64,000 nucleotides of DNA from Ruminococcus sp. UBA4275 (GCA_002395085.1 DGVV01000168.1:60840-124839), one strand, 5' to 3'; numbered from the stretch's first letter, positions 51,902-61,925 are shown. A program made the numbers and translations. The notes: generated by a model not told the origin, from the letters alone.

Positions 51902-52978
51902 ATGGAAAAACGAAAATCCAGAAAGAAGATCGTGCTTGCCGTGATACTCATAATCCTGATTCTGCTGCTGATCGGATGGTGCATCATGTTAATCGTGATC
52001 TACAACCAAAATTTCAATCACCGCTTCACAAGCGATGAACCGCTGATGATGTATCCGGAGGATTTCGAGGGATTGCAGCGCACCAGATACGAATTCCCCT
52101 CGGATAAAGGGCAGATGCTGACAGGCTATCTTTACGAAGCGGGAACAGACCAGCGCGGGATCATCGTGCTGGCACACGGCATGGGCGCAGGACATAATTC
52201 CTATATGGACTGTGCGGATTACTTTGCGCAGAACGGCTACTATGTGTTTGCTTATGATGCCACCGGCTGCGATGAAAGCGAAGGCGAAGGCATCGGCTGT
52301 GTGCCGCAGGGCGTTGCAGATCTTGACCATGCAATCTCATTCGTGGAGGATAGCGGTAATTTCCCCGAACTGCCAATCGTGCTGTTCGGACATAGCTGGG
52401 GCGGCTACAGCGCCTGCAATGTGCTGACCTATCATCCGGAGGTGCGCGCTGTAATCGAGTGTTCCGGCTGTAACCGTTCATCTGATCTGTTTGAGGCGGG
52501 CGGACTGCGGCAGGCAGGCGGAATCATCTACACGATGCTGCCGTTCACCAATCTCTATGAACGTATCCGCTGCGGCAAATACGCTGCCAATTCCGCAATG
52601 GATGGCTTTGCGGCAAGCGATGCAGCGGTATTGGTGCTGCACAGCGCAGATGACGGCGTACTGCCGATTCGCTATGGTTACGACGTATACTATAATGCGT
52701 ATCAGAATGACCCGCGCTTTACATTCATCCGGTATGAGGACAGAGGGCATAATTATGTGTTTCATGATCTGACCTATATCCGCGAATTTGAAACGGGCTT
52801 TGAAGCATGGCGCAATACGCTGGACTACGATTATCAGGCAGCGGAAAACCGCACACGCTTCCAAAACGACAGAGCCGCATATATTCAGGAAAACCTTGAC
52901 CGCGAAAAATGGTGCAATTCGCTGGATACCAAGCTGTTTGAGCAGTTTGTCAGCTTCTACGATGCGCATATTCAATGA
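51902..52978 (+). CDS. Membrane-anchored alpha/beta hydrolase
   Basis: The start was moved to ATG 51902, which follows GGAGGAAGAA. It has a TM anchor, the nucleophile elbow GHSWGG and HSADD. Confidence 0.8.
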   Translation: MEKRKSRKKIVLAVILIILILLLIGWCIMLIVIYNQNFNHRFTSDEPLMMYPEDFEGLQRTRYEFPSDKGQMLTGYLYEAGTDQRGIIVLAHGMGAGHNSYMDCADYFAQNGYYVFAYDATGCDESEGEGIGCVPQGVADLDHAISFVEDSGNFPELPIVLFGHSWGGYSACNVLTYHPEVRAVIECSGCNRSSDLFEAGGLRQAGGIIYTMLPFTNLYERIRCGKYAANSAMDGFAASDAAVLVLHSADDGVLPIRYGYDVYYNAYQNDPRFTFIRYEDRGHNYVFHDLTYIREFETGFEAWRNTLDYDYQAAENRTRFQNDRAAYIQENLDREKWCNSLDTKLFEQFVSFYDAHIQ

Positions 52979-53087
52979 ATATATCCATACAAGCCCCGAA
53001 TGCAGATTGTACCTGTGTTCGGAGCTTTTTGCTTCAGGCTGCGGCGGGAAGGTCGTTATTTTGCTGTGAAAAAAGTATGTGAAAATA

Positions 53088-53116
53088 TTGACAATCATGC
53101 AGAAATCGGGTATAAT
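53088..53116 (+). promoter_or_regulatory. Consensus promoter of ddh
   Basis: TTGACA, 17 nt, TATAAT. Confidence 0.7.
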
Positions 53117-53155
53117 ATATGCTGTAAATCTTGTAATTTCAAGGAGGTCTTTCCA

Positions 53156-54145
53156 ATGAGCAACATTCGTATCGGTATTGTCGGTTACGGCAACCTCGGC
53201 AAAGGCGTCGAGCTTGCAATCCGCTGCAATCCTGACACCTCGCTCGCATTCGTTGCGACCCGCCGTGATCCCGCAACTGTCCAGCTCAAAACGGACAACG
53301 TGCCGGTTTATCGCTATGCGGATCTCGCAAATCATACTGCTGATGCAGACGTCGTGATCGTCTGCGGCGGCTCTGCAACTGATCTGCCGCAGCAGACACC
53401 GGAGCTTGCAAAACTGTTCAATGTCGTGGACAGCTTTGATACCCACGCCCGCATTCCGGAGCATTTTGCAAAAGTCGATGCGGCTGCAAAGGAAAGCGGC
53501 CATGTCGCGATGATCTCGGTTGGCTGGGATCCGGGTATGTTCTCGCTGGCACGTCTTTACGGAAACTGCATTCTTCCGGACGGCAAGGATTATACCTTCT
53601 GGGGCAAGGGTGTCAGCCAGGGTCACTCTGATGCAATCCGCCGCGTAAACGGCGTGCAGGACGGCAAGCAGTATACTGTCCCGATCGAGGCTGCTATGGA
53701 CGCAGTCCGCCGCGGTGAACAGCCGGAGCTGACGACCCGTCAGAAGCATCTGCGCGAGTGCTATGTTGTTGCAAAGCCGGATGCAGACCGCAAGCAGATT
53801 GAGCATGACATCAAGACCATGCCGAACTATTTTGACGAGTACGATACGGTTGTCCATTTCATCTCGCAGGAGGAGCTGAACCGCGATCACGCCGGTATTC
53901 CGCACGGCGGCTTTGTTATGCGCAGCGGCAAATCCGGTGAAAACGGTGAACATAAGCACCTGATCGAATACAGCCTCAAGCTCGACTCAAATCCGGAATT
54001 CACCACAAATGTTCTGGTTGCATTTGCCCGCGCAGCAGCCCGCCTTGCTGCTGAAAAAGCTACCGGCTGCAAGACCGTTTTCGACATTGCTCCGGCATAC
54101 CTTTCTCCGCTCTCCGGAGAAGAAATCCGCGCGCATCTGCTGTGA
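53156..54145 (+). CDS. ddh: meso-Diaminopimelate D-dehydrogenase
   Basis: The start was moved to ATG 53156, which follows AAGGAGG. It starts MSNIRIGIVGYGNLGKGVE and contains VSQGHSDA. Confidence 0.9.
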   Translation: MSNIRIGIVGYGNLGKGVELAIRCNPDTSLAFVATRRDPATVQLKTDNVPVYRYADLANHTADADVVIVCGGSATDLPQQTPELAKLFNVVDSFDTHARIPEHFAKVDAAAKESGHVAMISVGWDPGMFSLARLYGNCILPDGKDYTFWGKGVSQGHSDAIRRVNGVQDGKQYTVPIEAAMDAVRRGEQPELTTRQKHLRECYVVAKPDADRKQIEHDIKTMPNYFDEYDTVVHFISQEELNRDHAGIPHGGFVMRSGKSGENGEHKHLIEYSLKLDSNPEFTTNVLVAFARAAARLAAEKATGCKTVFDIAPAYLSPLSGEEIRAHLL

Positions 54146-54234
54146 TTTCCTTCCCGTGGTTATGTAAATATCGCCAAGTTTTCGACGGAAACCGATCTGT
54201 TTCTGATTGAAAAATCCGAATTATCGGTTTATAT

Positions 54235-54264
54235 TTGACAAATCACGTATTTTCGTTATATAAT
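54235..54264 (+). promoter_or_regulatory. Promoter of the HU gene
   Basis: TTGACA, 18 nt, TATAAT. Confidence 0.6.
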
Positions 54265-54297
54265 ACAGATAGATTTTAATTATAGGAGGAAATCCCC

Positions 54298-54579
54298 ATG
54301 AAGAAAAATGATCTTGTTGCGGCAATTGCCGAAAAGGAAAATGTCTCGAAAAAGGAAGCTGACAAGGCTCTGAACATCGTGCTGGATGCAATCAGCGATG
54401 CTCTGATCGCCGGTGAGAAGGTTTCCATCACCGGTTTTGGCACGTTTGAGGTTCGTGACCGTCCCGCAAAGCTCTGCAAGAACCCGCGTACCGGTGAGCC
54501 GATGACCACGAAGCCCTGCAAGGCTCTGGCATTCAAGGCTGGCAAGACCCTGAAGGACGCTGTTAATTCCGAGAACTGA
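54298..54579 (+). CDS. hup: DNA-binding protein HU
   Basis: 93 aa. Contains ...GFGTFEVRDRPAKLCKNPRTGEPM.... Confidence 0.95.
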   Translation: MKKNDLVAAIAEKENVSKKEADKALNIVLDAISDALIAGEKVSITGFGTFEVRDRPAKLCKNPRTGEPMTTKPCKALAFKAGKTLKDAVNSEN

Positions 54580-54609
54580 TAACCATTCCGGACACAGGAG
54601 GTAGCGATC

Positions 54610-55035
54610 ATGGCGAGAACAAAAAAGGAAGTTGCTGAGAGCGCAAAGGCAGTCGCAGAGACTGTTGCTGAGAAGGCAGGCGCTGTCGCTGAAACCGTTG
54701 CTGAGAAGGCTGAGGCTGTTGTTGCCGCTGCAAAGAGTGCTGCAAAGCCGCGCCGTGCTGCAAAGAAAACCGCTGAGACGAAAGATGCTCAGGCTGCGAA
54801 AGCTCCGCGTGCTGCGAAGAAGGCTGCTGACAAGCTGAATACGAAGGTTGTGATTGAGCTTGCCGAGAGATCTGCCTCCGCTGATTCTCTGATTGAGCGT
54901 GCCAAGGAGGACTGGACTGCAAAGGGCAATGTTCTGGATGATATGAAGGAACTTGCACTGTATGTCAATGCAGGCGAGGGCATGGTTTACTATGTTGTGA
55001 ACGATGATTACCTCTCCGGTTCGTTTGCAATCTGA
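54610..55035 (+). CDS. A/K/E-rich repeat protein with a conserved-looking C-terminal domain (DUF6465-like)
   Basis: 141 aa. It has an N-terminal AETVAEKA repeat and a lysine/alanine-rich tract. The C-terminus is ...LALYVNAGEGMVYYVVNDDYLSGSFAI. Confidence 0.75.
   Translation: MARTKKEVAESAKAVAETVAEKAGAVAETVAEKAEAVVAAAKSAAKPRRAAKKTAETKDAQAAKAPRAAKKAADKLNTKVVIELAERSASADSLIERAKEDWTAKGNVLDDMKELALYVNAGEGMVYYVVNDDYLSGSFAI
54652..54717 (+). repeat. Tandem 33-nt coding repeat (2 copies)
   Basis: GTCGCAGAGACTGTTGCTGAGAAGGCAGGCGCT followed by GTCGCTGAAACCGTTGCTGAGAAGGCTGAGGCT. Confidence 0.8.
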
Positions 55036-55139
55036 TTTTCTGAATGACAAGCTTCATTATGCGCATCAGATCTGCGGATCTGGTGCGCATTTTGTATATC
55101 TGCGGAAAAACAGCACATACTTTCCCCTGGAAAGGGGAG

Positions 55140-56750
55140 ATGAATATGCCGCAGAAACCTTCGTTTCGGATGAATGTACTTGCCGGTACACTCCTGCTGT
55201 GTATGCTGGGTCTGATCGTGCAGCTTATGCGCGTGCAGCGCGGTGACCGCATCGCGGAAGCGGGTGTGAGACAGGGCAAATATCATCTTCATGTACCGCT
55301 TTGTGCCGGCACAATTTACGACCGGAATCTGAATCCACTGAACAATTCCGAGGAGCAGATTTTAGCCGTTGTGAACCCGACACCGGAAACAATCTCATCA
55401 ATCTTCGCGAAAATCCGGGATAAGGATGCGCTCACTGCACAGTTACAGCGCGTTTCCCCATTTGTCTGTAATCTGACGGAAGCTGCCCCTTCCTCGCAGA
55501 ATCTCATTGTTCTGCACGGCAGATGCGATGCAGCGGGCGCGCGTCCGGCACAGCATTTGCTGGGCTATGCACAGAACGGCGAACGTGTTGCAGGGCTGGA
55601 ACGTGCCTATGCGGATTGGCTTGCTGAGTGCGATGCAGCAGCGGATATTACATTTACAGTCAGCGGGGTGGGGGAGGTGCTGGCGGGCGCAGACAGCAGC
55701 TTTCAGCTCAGCGGCAAAGCAGGCGGCGGTATCCTTACCACACTGGATTTACGTGTGCAGGAAATTGCAGAACGCGCCCTCTCGACATTAAATGTGCCTG
55801 GGGCAGCCGTTGTGCTGGATTGCCATACCGGAGACATCCTCGCCTGTGCGAGTCTGCCGGCTTATGCACCGGATGATCTGGCCGCTGCGCTGGATGCCCC
55901 TGATGCCCCCTTCGTAAACCGCGCCCTCTCTGCATACAGTGTCGGGTCAGTTTTCAAGCTCGTGATTGCTGCTGCCGCACTCGAAAACGGATTCAATACA
56001 CAGTATCGCTACGATTGCACCGGTCAAATCAACATCTATGGACAGCGTTTCCGCTGTCACAAGTGGAACGGTCACGGGCTGCTGAATATGGAAAACGCAT
56101 TGATTCATTCCTGCAATCCATATTTCATCTCGCTGACACGCATTCTGCCGGCAGATATTCTGCACGATACCGCTTCCGCATTGGGGTTTGGTGAGGAGAT
56201 TTCGCTTGCAGACAGCTTAGGGTCGGTATCAGGCACGCTGCAAAGTGTGCGCGATTTGCAGATTGATGCAGAAAAGGCGAATTTCAGTTTCGGGCAGGGC
56301 AAACTTCTCGCGACGCCGCTTCAGGTCGCAGCCATGACCGCCTGTATTGCCAATGACGGCGTATACTGTGTGCCGCGTCTGGTTATCGGGAAAACACCTG
56401 ACGGCATCACAGCACAAGCAGACGCAAAGCAGGAATCTCAGCGCTGGCGGGTACTGCGATCTGAAAACGCAGCCGCAATCCGTGAGATGATGACAGCAGT
56501 TCTCGAAAAGAGTGATTCAGCAAACGGCAAGCCCTACAATACCCGCGCGGGCGGGAAAACCTCTACTGCGCAGACCGGTCAGTTTGATGAAACCGGCACG
56601 GAACTTTGTCACGCATGGATGACCGGTTTCTTTCCGGCAGACACGCCGCAGTATGCTGTCACAGTATTTGCGGAGAACGGCGGTTCCGGCAATGAAACCG
56701 CCGCACCGGTCTTCCGTGCCATCATAGAGGCGATGATGCGCTTACAGTGA
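55140..56750 (+). CDS. Penicillin-binding protein 2 / FtsI-SpoVD-type transpeptidase
   Basis: It has a TM anchor and the motifs SVGSVFK (SxxK), SCN (SxN) and GKTST (KTG-like). The start is 55140 or 55146. Confidence 0.9.
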   Translation: MNMPQKPSFRMNVLAGTLLLCMLGLIVQLMRVQRGDRIAEAGVRQGKYHLHVPLCAGTIYDRNLNPLNNSEEQILAVVNPTPETISSIFAKIRDKDALTAQLQRVSPFVCNLTEAAPSSQNLIVLHGRCDAAGARPAQHLLGYAQNGERVAGLERAYADWLAECDAAADITFTVSGVGEVLAGADSSFQLSGKAGGGILTTLDLRVQEIAERALSTLNVPGAAVVLDCHTGDILACASLPAYAPDDLAAALDAPDAPFVNRALSAYSVGSVFKLVIAAAALENGFNTQYRYDCTGQINIYGQRFRCHKWNGHGLLNMENALIHSCNPYFISLTRILPADILHDTASALGFGEEISLADSLGSVSGTLQSVRDLQIDAEKANFSFGQGKLLATPLQVAAMTACIANDGVYCVPRLVIGKTPDGITAQADAKQESQRWRVLRSENAAAIREMMTAVLEKSDSANGKPYNTRAGGKTSTAQTGQFDETGTELCHAWMTGFFPADTPQYAVTVFAENGGSGNETAAPVFRAIIEAMMRLQ

Positions 56751-57482
56751 AAGATATTCGCCGCTGACATAACCGGTTTTTCCGCCGTACCGCGTCACGT
56801 ACCAGCCGTCTGTTTCGCCGTCCAGTACAAGCTGTGTGCCGTCAGGAATCTGCGCAATCACATTGCCTGAAAGAGAAGGATAGCTGCGCAGATTCAGACG
56901 GCTGCCTTCCGTCTGAACGGTTGCAGGAAATGGCTGCGTTGCGGAAATGAACGGAATGCCGAAGTAATCCGTCAGGGACAGCACCAGCGTCTGCGCAATC
57001 AATTCCAGATTTTCCAGCAGCCACGCCGCATCTTCCGGATTATCGTGGTATCCGAGTTCCGCAAGAATCGCCACAGCACGGGTTCGCAGCACCTCTCCGA
57101 GACTGCTGGTCGGACGTGCAAGCACCTGCGAGGGCATGGGATAGATGTGCTGCAAATTGTTCGCAGTAATGGTCGCAAGCAGCTCACTCTGATCGCTTGC
57201 GGGCGCGTAGTAAATGTCGATTCCGCGCAGCAATCCGGAAAACTGTTCCGGAGCAGCATTGGAATGCAGCGCAAGATGCACGTCAAATCTGCCTGCATTG
57301 GAATCCGCAATCGCACCGCCTGCATTCCGCACGGGATCATTGCGGACAAAGTCGATGCCGCAGGAACGCAGATAGGGTTCCATGCGTTCTGCAAGCTGAT
57401 TCATGACCTGTTCCTCGTTCTCCTGACCGGTCACATAGGGATTCCACTCCTGCGTGGAAGGGCTCAAAAATACGATCGGCAT
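56742..57482 (-). CDS. N-acetylmuramoyl-L-alanine amidase (Amidase_3) with a C-terminal SH3b domain
   Basis: The start was moved to ATG 57482. Contains HLALHSNA, ELGYHDN and the SH3-like segment LNLRSYPSLSGNVIAQIPDGTQL...GWYVTRYGGKTGYV. Confidence 0.85.
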   Translation of the reverse strand: MPIVFLSPSTQEWNPYVTGQENEEQVMNQLAERMEPYLRSCGIDFVRNDPVRNAGGAIADSNAGRFDVHLALHSNAAPEQFSGLLRGIDIYYAPASDQSELLATITANNLQHIYPMPSQVLARPTSSLGEVLRTRAVAILAELGYHDNPEDAAWLLENLELIAQTLVLSLTDYFGIPFISATQPFPATVQTEGSRLNLRSYPSLSGNVIAQIPDGTQLVLDGETDGWYVTRYGGKTGYVSGEYLSL

Positions 57483-57562
57483 AGCAGCCACCTCTTTCTG
57501 AAATTTTTGTATATTCTATGCGGGATTTCACAAAATGTGCATAGAAAAGTGACAAAAGGTAC

Positions 57563-57591
57563 TTGCAATTTCCGGCTGTTTCCTGTATAAT
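57563..57591 (+). promoter_or_regulatory. Promoter of the two-component operon
   Basis: TTGCAA, 17 nt, TATAAT. Confidence 0.65.
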
Positions 57592-57622
57592 ATAAGTAGT
57601 ATAAAGGAAGGATGTGTCTGCA

Positions 57623-58300
57623 ATGCGGATCTTGCTCGTGGAAGATGAGGTCGCGCTGTGCGAAGCGCTGATCCAGATTTTTCACAAAAACAAATACATC
57701 GTTGACGCTTGCTACGACGGGGAAAGCGGTCTTGACAATGCACTTTCCGGCATCTATGACATGATCGTGCTTGACGTGATGCTCCCGAAAATGAACGGTC
57801 TGGATGTCCTGCGTGAGATCCGGAAAAAGAAGCTCAATACCCCTGTTTTGCTGCTGACAGCAAAAGATACCATCGCGGATAAAGTAGCCGGTCTGGATGT
57901 CGGTGCGGATGACTATATGACAAAGCCCTTCTCCTCTGAGGAACTGCTGGCACGCATCCGTTCGCTTTACCGCCGCAATGCAAATGTCATTTTTGAAAAT
58001 GTTCTGACCTGGAGTGACCTGACGCTGAATCTCTCGACCTATGAGCTGTTCTGCGGACAAAATTCGTTTAAGCTTGGTTTGAAAGAGTTTTCGATGATGG
58101 AGCTGTTCCTCAAAAACGGCAGCCGCATCCTCTCGAAAGAGACACTGATTGTCAAAATCTGGGGCTACGAATCTGATGCAGAAAATAACAATGTCGAGGT
58201 ATATGTCAGCTTTCTGCGCAAGAAACTCGCACATATGCACTCAAAGGTCGCGATCAAAACCGTGCGCGGCGTCGGGTATTGCCTTGAAGAAAAGGAATGA
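57623..58300 (+). CDS. OmpR-family response regulator
   Basis: It starts MRILLVEDE and contains DMIVLDVMLPKMNG. A winged-helix C-terminal domain follows. Confidence 0.9.
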   Translation: MRILLVEDEVALCEALIQIFHKNKYIVDACYDGESGLDNALSGIYDMIVLDVMLPKMNGLDVLREIRKKKLNTPVLLLTAKDTIADKVAGLDVGADDYMTKPFSSEELLARIRSLYRRNANVIFENVLTWSDLTLNLSTYELFCGQNSFKLGLKEFSMMELFLKNGSRILSKETLIVKIWGYESDAENNNVEVYVSFLRKKLAHMHSKVAIKTVRGVGYCLEEKE

Positions 58301-58322
58301 ATCCTGAAAGGAGTGTGCAGCC

Positions 58323-60302
58323 GTGATCAAAAAACTCAGACGCAGATACCTCATTACCAATATGGCTCTGCTGAGCTGCACGCTGATTGTCGGGCTGACC
58401 ATTCTGTTCTTTGTTCTGTATCATGCTCAGGTACAGGAATCTTACACCGTCATGCAGGAGATGATCAAGGAACAGGAAATGCTTCCGCCGCCCAATGAGG
58501 CTGATAACAGACCGCGTCCTCCGATGCCGGATCAGAATATCAGCAATGCACCGCTTGTTGCACCGCTCAGCAATACCATTCTCGATGAACATGACGATGA
58601 CGACGATGATGAGCATGAGAACGGGAATCCGGAATGGAATCCGTGGGAGAACAATCAGTGGGGCAATAATCCGTGGGAGAATCCCTATTGGAACGGCTGG
58701 TGGTGGTACTGGTACGGTTCACCGCGTATGACACCGCCGCCTTACTGGGGGGATTTCGGCGGTGATTACAACGGCGGTTTCAACGGGCAGAACGGCGAGC
58801 AGAATCCGTGGATGCAGCCGCCTTGGGGGTGGAATCAACCCTCTGACGATCAGCAGGAACAGCCCCCCCAGGACGATCATCACGAGGATTGGAATGAACC
58901 GCGGGATGATCACCGCGAAGAACAGCCGCCTCAGACGCAGCCGCCGCAGAATGAACAGCGCGAACGGCATTCTGAAATCAATCCGGAACAGCGTGACAGA
59001 GAACGCTTTGAGCCTGTCACACCGCCGGAAGAAGCGTATGAAGAACCGGCAGATCCCGGATTGCCGCCCGATGCGCCGGCGACTGAACCGCCGGAGACTG
59101 CACCGTCTACAGCTTCTTCCTCGAAAACAACAAAGACAACCGCTTCAACGCGGCCGACCACCGCTGCAACAGAGCCAGCAGTTTCTGAAGCAGAGGCGGA
59201 AAGCGATCCTGACAATGAACCCTCCGCAGAGACAACTGCCGCACAGATTGTACCTGTCGATGAGGGACAGTATGTGCCGGATGCTTTTATCGCACAGATC
59301 GACGAAGACGGCAACATTGCCTCTTATGCCGGCAATGCAACCGACCACAGCGATGCAGATGATTATAAAATCGTCAATCATGCCCTAGAACGAATCGGCA
59401 GACGCGGTCCGGGCGCCGGCACGCTGCATATCGGTGATTCGTCGTTCCGTTATCTGATGAAAGCGGATGATACCGGCAGCTATCACCTGGTGCTGCTCAG
59501 CCGTTCTCTGGAGCTTTCTACGCTCAGACGTCTGCTGTTTATTTTCCTGTTCTTCCTGGTTGTCGGTTTGATCTGTATGTTTGGTCTGAGCATGATGCTC
59601 GCAAACTGGACTGTCACGCCGATTGCCGCTGCATGGGAAAAGCAGAAACAGTTTGTCGCAGATGCCTCTCACGAGCTGAAAACACCGCTCGCAGTTATCT
59701 CTGCCAATACAGAGGTGATTCTCGCGAATCCGGCGGAATCCGTCGCGAACCAAAGCAAATGGCTTACCTACATCCAGTCTGAAACCATGCGGATGTCAAA
59801 GTTGATTACCAATCTGCTGTCTGTAGCCCGCATGGATAACAAAGACGATGTGGCACATATCGAGCCGCTTTCGCTCAGCGAAATCGTCTCCAATATCTGT
59901 CTGGTATTTGAGCCGATTATCTACGAAAACGGCAAGACGCTGAATACCGTGATTCAGCGGCACGTTACTATGCGTGCTGATGAGGACAACATGAAACAAC
60001 TTTTGTCGATTCTGCTGGATAATGCCGTGCTGCATTCTGTTCCGCAAGCGCAGATTACTGTGACTCTCTCACGCGATGCACAGGGGAAAATCCGGCTTGC
60101 GGTTGCAAATACAGCCAAAGACATCCCGCAGGAACAGCTCTCGCATCTGTTTGAGCGGTTCTATCGCCTTGATACTGAAGGAAGTCCGAACGGTTCGGGT
60201 CTGGGTCTCAGCATTGCAAAGAGCATTGTGCATCAGATGGGCGGCACATTGAATGTCACGAGTGAGAATCAGCTTGTGACTTTCGTTGCAACATTCTCAT
60301 AA
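58323..60302 (+). CDS. Sensor histidine kinase with a very large low-complexity extracytoplasmic region
   Basis: 659 aa. There are two TM segments about 370 aa apart, the H-box FVADASHELKTPL and HATPase motifs (NAVLHS, GSGLGLSI). Confidence 0.9.
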   Translation: MIKKLRRRYLITNMALLSCTLIVGLTILFFVLYHAQVQESYTVMQEMIKEQEMLPPPNEADNRPRPPMPDQNISNAPLVAPLSNTILDEHDDDDDDEHENGNPEWNPWENNQWGNNPWENPYWNGWWWYWYGSPRMTPPPYWGDFGGDYNGGFNGQNGEQNPWMQPPWGWNQPSDDQQEQPPQDDHHEDWNEPRDDHREEQPPQTQPPQNEQRERHSEINPEQRDRERFEPVTPPEEAYEEPADPGLPPDAPATEPPETAPSTASSSKTTKTTASTRPTTAATEPAVSEAEAESDPDNEPSAETTAAQIVPVDEGQYVPDAFIAQIDEDGNIASYAGNATDHSDADDYKIVNHALERIGRRGPGAGTLHIGDSSFRYLMKADDTGSYHLVLLSRSLELSTLRRLLFIFLFFLVVGLICMFGLSMMLANWTVTPIAAAWEKQKQFVADASHELKTPLAVISANTEVILANPAESVANQSKWLTYIQSETMRMSKLITNLLSVARMDNKDDVAHIEPLSLSEIVSNICLVFEPIIYENGKTLNTVIQRHVTMRADEDNMKQLLSILLDNAVLHSVPQAQITVTLSRDAQGKIRLAVANTAKDIPQEQLSHLFERFYRLDTEGSPNGSGLGLSIAKSIVHQMGGTLNVTSENQLVTFVATFS

Positions 60303-60309
60303 TCTCGGA

Positions 60310-60340
60310 GAGTCGGGATCATCGCATCCCGACTCTTTTT
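60310..60340 (+). terminator. Terminator after the kinase gene
   Basis: GAGTCGGGAT..ATCCCGACTC followed by TTTTT. Confidence 0.8.
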
Positions 60341-60387
60341 GCGCATGATTTCACGCACCCGTGCATAAAATGTCACGAGGTGAGGGC

Positions 60388-61890
60388 ATGGCAAAACATC
60401 GGACTTTATTGCACGAATCTGCTTATCTGAGTTTATTTTCCGTCGGCTTGCAGGGGATGGGTCTCCTGCTCAATATCTTTCTGACGCGAAGGCTGGGGTC
60501 TGCGGCAGTCGGTATCCTTACACTGATGAGTTCTTTTTACGGTCTGGCTGCAGTGCTGTCTGGCGGCAGCGGATTCATCACTGTGAGCAGATTTATGTCA
60601 GAAGCAATCGGGCGAGGGGAGAGTCCGCGGAGAATCTTCCGGTATGCGCTGCGGTTTTGTGTGATACTCAGCGTTAGCTGTACGGTTTTGCTTGTTCTGT
60701 TTGCCCCGCGAATAGTCCGTATGATTCCGCAAACCGGTGCAACAGCGGTCAATCTGCGGCTGCTGAGTCTGACGCTGCCATTCGCCGCAGTAATTGCCTG
60801 TCTCAAAGGGCGATGCTACGCATTCGGGCGCGTCTATCTGCCGGCAATCGCAGACTGCATTGAGTTTTTGCTGCGTTCCGGTGTGATGGCGTTCTGTGCA
60901 GTTTTCTGCATTCCGAACGGGAGAATGAATCTGTTGACGGCATTTGCCGGTTCGCTGTTGAGCGGAGAGGGGAGTACCCTGCTGTTTTTGCTGCTGTGCC
61001 GGATGCCAAAAGAGCGATATACAATCCGAAAAACAACGCATTTTAGCCATTTTCTGATGCAGGCGCTTCCGATCATGGGCAATGCCTGTCTGGTCTCGCT
61101 CCTAAGCAGCGCAAATGATGCGCTTGTTCCGTTGACGCTTTTGCAGTATGGCGACAGCACGGAACAGGCACTTGCACAGTTCGGACAGTTTGAAGCAATT
61201 ATCCTTCCGACTCTTTTTTTCCCGTCGGTCATTCAGTGCTGTATGTCGGGGCTGCTCGTACCGGAACTGTCGCGAGCGCGTGCCGCGAACGATTTTGCAC
61301 GCATTCAGGCACACACGCAGCGTGTTCTGGAGCAAACGATGTCCTTCTCGCTTTTCGTTGTACTGATTTTGGTGCAATTCGCACTGCAAATAGGTACACT
61401 TCTTGGCGGCGATGCTTTCGTGGGGCATATTTTGCGTGTTATGTCGCCAGTTGTGCCGTTCATTTATCTGGAGATTATTCTGGAAGGGGTACTGCGCGGA
61501 CTTGGCAAACAAAATTTCTCCTCAGTAAATTATCTTGCAGAATATACAGTTCGGATTTCCGTGCTGCTGATTTGCGTACCGCTGTTTGGATTTTACGGCA
61601 TTGTCGCATCATATCTGGCGTGCAATCTGACCGGCAATGCTGTTCGCATATATTTTGTGCTGCGCGCAACAGATTTGCACCCAAACTGGAAACGCATTTT
61701 ACTGAGACCGGCATTTGCGCTGATCATCAGTTGGCAAATGTCTGAGCTGATTCACGCGATTCTGCTTCATTTCCGTATCACCGATCTTCCTGCAATGACA
61801 ATTTATATACTAATCTGCGGTGGAATGTATCTGTTTCTGCTGCGCGTTCTGGATCAGCTTCCGCAGACGAAAGCGCTTTCAGTCGAATGA
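60388..61890 (+). CDS. MOP-superfamily flippase (SpoVB/MurJ-like polysaccharide or lipid II flippase)
   Basis: About 500 aa and polytopic (about 12-14 hydrophobic segments). The start was moved to ATG 60388. Confidence 0.8.
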   Translation: MAKHRTLLHESAYLSLFSVGLQGMGLLLNIFLTRRLGSAAVGILTLMSSFYGLAAVLSGGSGFITVSRFMSEAIGRGESPRRIFRYALRFCVILSVSCTVLLVLFAPRIVRMIPQTGATAVNLRLLSLTLPFAAVIACLKGRCYAFGRVYLPAIADCIEFLLRSGVMAFCAVFCIPNGRMNLLTAFAGSLLSGEGSTLLFLLLCRMPKERYTIRKTTHFSHFLMQALPIMGNACLVSLLSSANDALVPLTLLQYGDSTEQALAQFGQFEAIILPTLFFPSVIQCCMSGLLVPELSRARAANDFARIQAHTQRVLEQTMSFSLFVVLILVQFALQIGTLLGGDAFVGHILRVMSPVVPFIYLEIILEGVLRGLGKQNFSSVNYLAEYTVRISVLLICVPLFGFYGIVASYLACNLTGNAVRIYFVLRATDLHPNWKRILLRPAFALIISWQMSELIHAILLHFRITDLPAMTIYILICGGMYLFLLRVLDQLPQTKALSVE

Positions 61891-61891
61891 A

Positions 61892-61925
61892 AATTCCCCT
61901 GAGAACAATCGCTCTCAGGGGAATT
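61892..61925. terminator. Bidirectional terminator between the flippase and ArsC-family genes
   Basis: AATTCCCCTGAGA..TCTCAGGGGAATT. Confidence 0.8.

Noticed and set aside
54632-54958. Alternative-frame and antisense ORFs within the A/K-rich gene (54632-54838 on the + strand, 54608-54958 on the - strand, 54280-55050 on the - strand).
   Set aside because: They are by-products of the GC-rich repetitive GCN/AAG codon composition. Only the 54610 frame has an RBS (GGAGGTAGC) and a structured C-terminal domain.
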